NCBI GenBank assembly: GCA_034110895.1
Contig: JAWUYH010000025.1
Location: 671 to 64,670 of the forward strand
Direction of reading: 5' to 3'
Length of the DNA: 64,000 bases
Source: Gammaproteobacteria bacterium
Lineage (GTDB): Bacteria > Pseudomonadota > Gammaproteobacteria > Nitrosococcales > Methylophagaceae
Below, piece after piece: positions 57,305-64,000 of this stretch; position 1 is the stretch's first letter; every line of letters starts with the position of its first letter. The position numbers were made by a program, and so were the translations under genes. The notes below the pieces were generated by a model. It saw only the letters and a program-made list of their open reading frames with translations. It was not told the DNA's origin and ran no database searches.

Positions 57305-58675
57305 ATGAATCGCACACTAAAACAAATAACATTTTCAACGACTATGCTAGCGGCAATGCTTTTTACAGCTCAGCCTCTTGTCGCCCAAACCTTGACTGAA
57401 GCCGTCACTACCACCATAAAAAGTAACCCACTGATTTTGGCAGAAAGTTACCGTAGTTTGAGTGTTGATCAAACTATTGGTCAAGCTGAAGCAGGATACT
57501 TTCCTCAAGTTGACTTAACGATGGGAACCGGCCGAGAAAGAAGTGATAACCCACAAACTCGAGTCAATAACGAAGATCGCAAGTGGCTAGACCGTGGAGA
57601 GTCTGGGATAACGGCATCACAAATGATTTATGATGGCTTTGCTACAAAAAACTCGGTAGATCAAACTAAATCTTTAGCCGAATCTGCAGGTTACTCAGTA
57701 GCTGATACTACTGAAACAATAAGTCTTCGCACTATTCAGGTTTATCTTGAAGTTATTCGCAGGCAAGAACTGCTAAAGGTAACAGAGGATAATTTAGAGA
57801 GTAACGAACGTGTTTTTTCTCAAATTAAATTACGAGCTGACAGTGGTGTTGGTACTAAAGCAGATGTTGAACAGTCTTCGGGCAGAGTAGCTTTATCAAA
57901 AGCTAATAATAAAGCTAACATTGGTAATTTAGTGGATGCTAAAACCACTTTTTTACGTGAAGTAGGGGAACCTGCTGATTCATTAGTAGAGCCAACAGAA
58001 GATTGCTGTAGCAATGCACCTGCAACCTTAGAAGATGCCATTAACATTGCTTACCATCAACATCCTGCTATACGCGCTGCTTTGTCACAACATGAAGCAA
58101 GTTTGGCCCAGCAACAAGGGGCCGTAGCACCTATGCACCCTCGCGTCGATCTTGAATTAGCCGCTAGTGCTAATAATGATCTGGAAGGGGTTGAAGGACA
58201 TAATAACGACCGACTAGTTATGGTTCGTCTTCGCTATAACCTATTAAATGGTGGAGCAGATAGTGCTTTTATTGATCAAACAGGTTTTATTAGTGAACAA
58301 GTAAAATATGAAGCCAATCTTGCTCAGCGTGTAATTGAACAGGACGTTAGACTTGCATGGAATGAACTACAAAGACAGACAAATCGTCTTGAGTTTTTAC
58401 AACTTCGCGTTAAATCTACCGAAGAGACTCGTGAAGCATACCAATTACAATTCAGCCTGGGTCAACGTACACTTCTTGACTTGCTGGATACAGAAAATGA
58501 AGTATTAACTGCACGTTCAGAGTTAATAAATGGTCACTATGATCGTTTGTATGCCTGTTACTGGTTAACAGAAACAACAGGAAAACTTCTAGAGACTTTG
58601 AAATTAGAAGCACCAGCTGAAGCCATTACAGTTGAAAGCCCATTACAGATGGACAAAGTTAGTTCAATTAACTAA
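57305..58675 (+). CDS. TolC-family outer-membrane efflux/type I secretion protein
   Basis: Signal peptide, LTEAVTTTIKSNPLILAE start, two repeated coiled-coil/beta halves, 456 aa. Confidence 0.8.
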   Translation: MNRTLKQITFSTTMLAAMLFTAQPLVAQTLTEAVTTTIKSNPLILAESYRSLSVDQTIGQAEAGYFPQVDLTMGTGRERSDNPQTRVNNEDRKWLDRGESGITASQMIYDGFATKNSVDQTKSLAESAGYSVADTTETISLRTIQVYLEVIRRQELLKVTEDNLESNERVFSQIKLRADSGVGTKADVEQSSGRVALSKANNKANIGNLVDAKTTFLREVGEPADSLVEPTEDCCSNAPATLEDAINIAYHQHPAIRAALSQHEASLAQQQGAVAPMHPRVDLELAASANNDLEGVEGHNNDRLVMVRLRYNLLNGGADSAFIDQTGFISEQVKYEANLAQRVIEQDVRLAWNELQRQTNRLEFLQLRVKSTEETREAYQLQFSLGQRTLLDLLDTENEVLTARSELINGHYDRLYACYWLTETTGKLLETLKLEAPAEAITVESPLQMDKVSSIN

Positions 58676-58689
58676 TATCAAGTAAATAA

Positions 58690-58727
58690 AAGCGCTACTA
58701 GCTATTCAGGCTGTAGTGCTTTTTTTT
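58690..58727 (+). terminator. Terminator-like hairpin with T9 tail after the TolC-like gene
   Basis: agcgctac / gtagtgct 8-bp stem (one G-U pair) followed by ttttttttt. Confidence 0.5.
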
Positions 58728-58844
58728 GTCAGAAATTTAAAGGTTTCTTTGCCTTTAAATAAAATTTGTCGAAACCCTAAAATCTCTTATTAGATTTGTT
58801 ACCAGCTCTGGTATGATCTGTGGTTTTTACATCGGTATTTACTC

Positions 58845-60227
58845 ATGGCTAGCGACAGTTTTTCTTCACTTTCTATATCACCTGAACAGATAGCCAATTT
58901 AGAGTCTCTTGGTTATAAAAAAATGACGCCGATCCAAGCACAAAGTTTACCGCATATTCTCAAAGGGAAGGACTTGATTGCTAAAGCTAAAACCGGAAGT
59001 GGTAAAACGGCTGCTTTTGGTATTGGTATATTAAATCACATCAATCCCCGTTTTTTTGGCATACAAGCTTTAGTGATTTGTCCCACTCGTGAATTAGCTG
59101 ATCAAGTAGGCAAAGAAATTCGTAGACTTGCACGCGCTGTACCCAATATAAAATTGGTATCACTCTGTGGTGGCAAACCATTAGGACCACAAATTGGGTC
59201 GCTTGAACATGGCGCTCATATTGTGGTGGGAACGCCAGGTCGCTTGCAAGACCACCTGACTAAAGGCACGCTTAAACTGGACAGTTTAAAAGCCCTTGTA
59301 CTTGATGAAGCTGATCGTATGCTAGATATGGGGTTTGCTGAGGTGATGGAAGATATTATTTCTTATATGCCAAAATCTCGTCAAACTATGTTGTTTTCAG
59401 CAACCTATCCAGACACAATAAAAAAGATGAGTAAAGCGATACAACGTGATCCTGTTACGGTTACCGTTGAATCAGAGCATCAAGAAAGTGTTATCGAACA
59501 ATTATTTTATGAAGTAAAAAAACATCAGCGTAATACTACTTTATTAGCTTTATTTGAACATTACAAGCCTGAAACAACGATCGTATTTTGTCATACTAAA
59601 ATCCAATGTGACGAAGTGGCCAGTATGTTGAGAGAACATAGGATTGAAGCATTGGCTATTCATGGCGATCTTGATCAACGTGAACGCGATAAAGTATTAG
59701 TACGGTTTTCCAATAATAGTTGTTCGGTGCTAGTGGCGACCGATGTAGCTGCACGAGGCCTAGATATCAAAGCCTTAGAAGCGGTTATCAATTATGAATT
59801 ACCTCGCGATCCTGAAATTTTTATACATCGAATTGGTCGCACTGGACGAGCAGGAGAAACGGGTTTGGCATTGAGTATATATACTTCGTCAGATGTTATG
59901 CGTTTAAATGCGATAGAAAAATATCAGAAAAAACCCTGTGTCTCTGATGTATTAGAGTCACTCGATCGCGATCCTAGTTTCACCTTGGTTCCACCAATGG
60001 TGACCATTCAACTGGATGGTGGTCGTAAGAGCAAAATACGTCCCGGTGATATTTTAGGGGCTTTGACTGGCGATGCTGGTTTGAGTGGCTCGCAAATTGG
60101 TAAAATTGATATTTTCGACATGTCGAGTTATGTTGCCGTTGAAAGTGAAGCAGCTCGAAAAGCACTGAGTTATTTGGCTGATGGTAAAATCAAAGGCCGA
60201 GCAGTAAGAGCTCGTAAAGTTCGATAA
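58845..60227 (+). CDS. dbpA: ATP-dependent DEAD-box RNA helicase DbpA
   Basis: AKTGSGKTAAF, PTRELA, VLDEADRMLDMGF, SAT, HRIGRTGRAG, and the C-terminal DbpA RNA-binding domain (GKIDIF...SYVAV). Confidence 0.88.
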   Translation: MASDSFSSLSISPEQIANLESLGYKKMTPIQAQSLPHILKGKDLIAKAKTGSGKTAAFGIGILNHINPRFFGIQALVICPTRELADQVGKEIRRLARAVPNIKLVSLCGGKPLGPQIGSLEHGAHIVVGTPGRLQDHLTKGTLKLDSLKALVLDEADRMLDMGFAEVMEDIISYMPKSRQTMLFSATYPDTIKKMSKAIQRDPVTVTVESEHQESVIEQLFYEVKKHQRNTTLLALFEHYKPETTIVFCHTKIQCDEVASMLREHRIEALAIHGDLDQRERDKVLVRFSNNSCSVLVATDVAARGLDIKALEAVINYELPRDPEIFIHRIGRTGRAGETGLALSIYTSSDVMRLNAIEKYQKKPCVSDVLESLDRDPSFTLVPPMVTIQLDGGRKSKIRPGDILGALTGDAGLSGSQIGKIDIFDMSSYVAVESEAARKALSYLADGKIKGRAVRARKVR

Positions 60228-60338
60228 AGATTGATTTATCAACGGTGTTATGTTTTTAGTTAAGCGACAAAATAAAATGCATATATACAATTCAATTGAA
60301 ATAGATAACTTATAAATGATAGTGAAGAGGCTTAGATT

Positions 60339-63191
60339 TTGGCAGTAACAGAATATGCAATTGGACAACGTTGGATCAGCAATGGTGAAGCCGAACTTGG
60401 CCTCGGGATTATTAAAAATAATACCGGCAGACAAATAGAAGTGAGTTTTCCTGCTGCAGGTGAACAACGTACTTATGCAGGTGAGAATGCACCCTTAAGT
60501 CGCGTTATATATCCTGTTGGCGAGCAAGTTAAAACGGATGAGGATCTGAGATTTATTATCACTGCCCGTCATGACATAAATAATTGCTATATCTATCAAG
60601 GTGATGATGACCTTGGTAATGAAATAAGCATTCATGAAATGGATTTGAATAGTTTTGTTCAATTCAGTCAACCACAAGACCGTTTATTTGCAGGTCAAAT
60701 TGATAAAAATCGTCAATTTGAATTACGCATAGAAAGCTTAGCTCAGCAACATAAAAGACAACAAACTTCTATCTTTGGTCTGATGGGAGCACGTGTTCAA
60801 CTTTTGCCTCATCAGATTTATATTGCCTATCAGGTGTCAAAGCGCCATGCACCTAGAGTGTTGTTGGCTGATGAGGTTGGTTTAGGAAAAACAATTGAAG
60901 CCGGCTTGATTTTGCATCAGCAATTGCTCACGGGTCGAACACAACGGGCCTTAATTATTGTGCCTGATAGCTTGGTGCATCAGTGGTTAGTTGAAATGTT
61001 ACGCCGTTTTAATTTATCCTTTACGATTATTGATGAACAACGCTACGCGGCTATTAGTGAATCTGATGAAGGTAATCCGTTTGAAAGTGCACAATTAGTT
61101 TTATGCAGTTTATCCTCTTTAACCTCAAATGAAGAGATGTTGGACCAAGCACTACAGGCCTCTTGGGATATGATGATTGTTGATGAGGCGCATCATTTAG
61201 AATGGCATGAGCAGCAAGCTAGTCAAGAATATCAGTGTATCGAAAGACTAGCTAATGAAGTCGCAGGTTTATTATTGTTGACAGCTACGCCAGAGCAATT
61301 AGGAATTGAAAGTCACTTTGCTCGTTTACGATTATTGGATCCAGATCGTTATTTTGATTTGGCTAAGTTTCGTCAGCAAGAAACCGAATACCAAGCAGTT
61401 AGTGAATTAGTGAGTCAATTATTAGCTAATAATGCACAACAATTATTAATGACATTACAGGATAAAATTGAGCAGTACCTCGGCCAAAAAGGCTATTTAG
61501 CTTTAGTGAACGCTGATGATTTTGGGGCCGCAATAGTTCAAGCCATCGGTGATTTGTTAGATCGTCACGGTACTGGCCGAATTTTATTTAGAAATACGCG
61601 TGATGTGGTTGAAGGCTTTCCTGAACGGCATTTACATCGTTATCCTTTAATTGCACCCTCTGAATATATCGCAGAGCTAGTAGATGCCGATATCACAGCC
61701 TGCATTCAAGCTGAAAGACTGTTAGGTAAAGATTGGCTTAACACTGATAGCCGAGTAGCGTGGTTAAGTGGCTGGTTAAGCGAACACAAATTAGACAAAA
61801 TATTAGTGATTTGTGGCCAAGCTGAAACGGCTCAATCCTTAGAGTTATATTTACGTGTTAATAAAGGAGTTCGAAGCTCGGTCTTTCATGAAGGTCTGTC
61901 GCTGGTTCATCGTGACCGTGCTGCCGCTTATTTTGCCGATGAGGAAGAGGGCGCTCAGGTAATGATTTGCTCTGAAATTGGCAGTGAAGGTCGTAACTTT
62001 CAATTTTCCCATCAGTTAGTACTATTTGATTTGCCATTAAACCCAGATTTATTAGAGCAACGGATTGGCCGCTTAGACCGTATTGGCCAGCGTCATAATG
62101 TACAAATTCATGTTCCTTATTATGAAAGTTCAGCACAAGAAGTTTTATTGCAATGGTATCACCAAGGTTTGAATGCATTTGAGCAGGTGTTTTCTGCTGG
62201 CAGTACTATTAAACAAGCTGTTAACGATTCTTTAGAGAACTGTCTAGTTGAGGCTAATAATGACAAGGGAATATCTGATCTTATTAAACAAACACAGAAA
62301 CTTACGGCTGAAACCTTAGAGGTTCTTCAACAAGGTCGCGACCGATTATTAGAGCTTAATTCTTGCAATTTACCTGTTGCTAATGAGTTGGTAGCAGATT
62401 TAGATGAAGCTAGCGAAACCTTTGAGCTGGCTTCATTCATGGATAAAATCTTCGATGAATATGGGGTTGAACAGCAAATGCATAGTGCAGACGCTATTAT
62501 TCTTGAGCCCGGCAATCATATGGTCGAACACCAATTTCCTGGTTTGCCTGAAGATGGTCTCACCGCCACCTATAAACGCCATCGTGCACTCGTTCGTGAG
62601 GATATGGCCTTTTTAAGCTGGGAGCACCCGATGGTGATCGGTAGCTTAGACATGATCATTAATAGTGATTTTGGTAATAGTGCCTTTTGTACGCTTGAAA
62701 ATGAAGATTTAGCAGCAGGCACATTATTGTTAGAAGCCATATTTACCATTAAATGTCCTGCTCCACGGTCCTTACAAGTTGGGCGTTACCTCAACCATTC
62801 CTATTTACGTATTGTAGCTGATGAACAAGGTCATGATTTTAATCAACACTTAACAGAAACTGACTTTAATGATGCTGCAGGCCGTATTCCACGTGTTACA
62901 GCACAAGAACTTGTTCGACATGCACGGCCTAAAATTTCTGAACTGATTAGCCAAGCCCAACAATTAGCAGTGGTGCAACAACAGCTGATAATTGACCAAG
63001 CAATAAATGCTATGCACCAGTCACTGCAACCCGAACAAGATCGTCTGACAGCTCTGGCATCCATTAACTCGACTATTCGTCCGGCAGAAATTGCCTACAT
63101 CGAACAATCACAAAAACTATTAGTCGAATATTTACAATCGGCACAACTTAGTCTAGATGCAGTAAGGGTTGCGATTGTAACTCACCGTTAA
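60339..63191 (+). CDS. rapA: RNA polymerase-associated SWI2/SNF2 ATPase RapA (HepA)
   Basis: TTG start. GQRWISNGEAELGLG N-terminus as in E. coli RapA. DEVGLGKTIEAG, DEAHHLE, RIGRLDRIGQ. 950 aa. Confidence 0.92.
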   Translation: MAVTEYAIGQRWISNGEAELGLGIIKNNTGRQIEVSFPAAGEQRTYAGENAPLSRVIYPVGEQVKTDEDLRFIITARHDINNCYIYQGDDDLGNEISIHEMDLNSFVQFSQPQDRLFAGQIDKNRQFELRIESLAQQHKRQQTSIFGLMGARVQLLPHQIYIAYQVSKRHAPRVLLADEVGLGKTIEAGLILHQQLLTGRTQRALIIVPDSLVHQWLVEMLRRFNLSFTIIDEQRYAAISESDEGNPFESAQLVLCSLSSLTSNEEMLDQALQASWDMMIVDEAHHLEWHEQQASQEYQCIERLANEVAGLLLLTATPEQLGIESHFARLRLLDPDRYFDLAKFRQQETEYQAVSELVSQLLANNAQQLLMTLQDKIEQYLGQKGYLALVNADDFGAAIVQAIGDLLDRHGTGRILFRNTRDVVEGFPERHLHRYPLIAPSEYIAELVDADITACIQAERLLGKDWLNTDSRVAWLSGWLSEHKLDKILVICGQAETAQSLELYLRVNKGVRSSVFHEGLSLVHRDRAAAYFADEEEGAQVMICSEIGSEGRNFQFSHQLVLFDLPLNPDLLEQRIGRLDRIGQRHNVQIHVPYYESSAQEVLLQWYHQGLNAFEQVFSAGSTIKQAVNDSLENCLVEANNDKGISDLIKQTQKLTAETLEVLQQGRDRLLELNSCNLPVANELVADLDEASETFELASFMDKIFDEYGVEQQMHSADAIILEPGNHMVEHQFPGLPEDGLTATYKRHRALVREDMAFLSWEHPMVIGSLDMIINSDFGNSAFCTLENEDLAAGTLLLEAIFTIKCPAPRSLQVGRYLNHSYLRIVADEQGHDFNQHLTETDFNDAAGRIPRVTAQELVRHARPKISELISQAQQLAVVQQQLIIDQAINAMHQSLQPEQDRLTALASINSTIRPAEIAYIEQSQKLLVEYLQSAQLSLDAVRVAIVTHR

Positions 63192-63418
63192 GGAAAGTTT
63201 TTCGACTGAAAATACGCTGTCTTGTTCTCTAAAACTTAGGTGCTAGTCATTTTATTAAAACCATATTGTTGAATAGATTAACAGTAATGGAAGATATCGT
63301 GTATCTTCAAATAATTGCATTGTATTAACAGTGATTGTCGAACGATAGGTTTAAATAAATGTCTCTAACCAGACAAACAATAATATTACTTTGCTAGCAA
63401 GTTACTAGGAGAAAGAAG

Positions 63419-64000
63419 TTGCTAAAACGTATTGTGTTACCACTTATTATTATTGCCATCGCGATAACTAGCTTTACAGGTTTGAAACAAAGTAAACCTG
63501 AAAAAGTGGTTATTAAAAAACCTGAAAAAATCTGGCAAGTAAACACTGTTGCAGTCAATATTGATCAGATTTCTCCTGAAATAACAGTGTACGGACGGGT
63601 AGAAACACCTAGAAAATCATTATTAAAATCTGCGTTGATTGCTGACGTATTGACCATAGAAATATTGGAAGGGTCACTAGTTGAAGCGGGTCAAGTATTG
63701 ATGATGCTAGATGATACCGATATGCAATTATTACTGATACAACGTCAAGCTGACTTAGCAGAGATTGATGGACTGATAGCTGCTGAAAATCAACGTTTTA
63801 AACGTGATCGTGGTCTATTAGAGCAGGAAACTCAACTATTGAATTTAGCTGATAAATCGGTTAGTAGATCTAAAAAATTAGAGCAATCGCGTTTAGCTTC
63901 AATGGCAAGTTTAGATGATGCACTCGCTAATAAACAACGCCAGCTATTAACCCTTAAACAACTCAATTTTGAGATTGCTGAACATCCATCAAGAGTGGTG
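63419..64000 (+). CDS. Efflux transporter periplasmic adaptor (HlyD/MFP family), 5' partial, runs off the window
   Basis: aggag RBS, then TTG 63419. N-terminal TM anchor, lipoyl-like VEAGQVLMMLDD, then coiled coil. Open to position 64000. Confidence 0.65.
   Translation, partial: MLKRIVLPLIIIAIAITSFTGLKQSKPEKVVIKKPEKIWQVNTVAVNIDQISPEITVYGRVETPRKSLLKSALIADVLTIEILEGSLVEAGQVLMMLDDTDMQLLLIQRQADLAEIDGLIAAENQRFKRDRGLLEQETQLLNLADKSVSRSKKLEQSRLASMASLDDALANKQRQLLTLKQLNFEIAEHPSRVV

Noticed and set aside
60054-60467. 137-aa minus-strand ORF spanning the dbpA/rapA junction, plus other antisense ORFs inside rapA (61858..62178, 62327..62515, 62843..63064)
   Set aside because: They overlap strongly supported helicase genes and show no independent signals.
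1-64000. Looked for rRNA, tRNA (T-arm GGTTCGAATCC-like), CRISPR repeat-spacer periodicity, transposase/integrase genes and IS-type terminal inverted repeats
   Set aside because: None recognised by eye in any intergenic region. A covariance-model or ISfinder scan would be needed to exclude small or degenerate elements.

Overview
AT-rich (roughly 40% G+C by eye) chromosomal window with a gammaproteobacterium-like gene set (rimK, msrB, metY, dbpA, rapA). I recognised no rRNA, tRNA, CRISPR array, transposase or integrase. Content from left to right: (1) a rimK triad, an aqpZ remnant and an ADP-ribosylglycohydrolase. (2) A MoxR / DUF58 / transglutaminase triad. (3) A long sulfur block: soxCD-soxXYZA-(lipoprotein)-(rhodanese)-soxB flanked by two secreted MBL-fold proteins; an SBP56 methanethiol-oxidase homologue with a fused SCO1-MauG protein and a TlpA-like thioredoxin; a MetX-like hydrolase plus an acyl-CoA-dehydrogenase-fold protein lacking the catalytic Glu; a soluble PAS histidine kinase with a FixJ/LuxR regulator; two GST-fold paralogues; and persulfide dioxygenase / DUF442-SQR fusion / SulP. 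(4) The most unusual part: a NorQ/NorD (CbbQ/CbbO)-type AAA+/VWA pair transcribed divergently from an AlkB/XylM-family membrane di-iron hydroxylase. The hydroxylase is followed by a truncated haemoglobin, a YjdI-like Fe-S protein, a third GST-fold paralogue, a XylA-type 2Fe-2S/FNR reductase, a tiny membrane protein, a FadL/TodX-type outer-membrane channel, a signal-peptide-bearing second truncated haemoglobin, DUF4242 and a nitronate monooxygenase. (5) A tandem-REC regulator, metY, a multiply disrupted GGDEF-EAL pseudogene, OmpA-like/TolC-like genes, dbpA, rapA and the 5' part of an RND/MFP adaptor gene. Three independent gene-decay events are visible: aqpZ, GGDEF-EAL and a small tandem paralogue. 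All functional calls rest on motif and by-eye homology recognition of the supplied translations. No database search was run.
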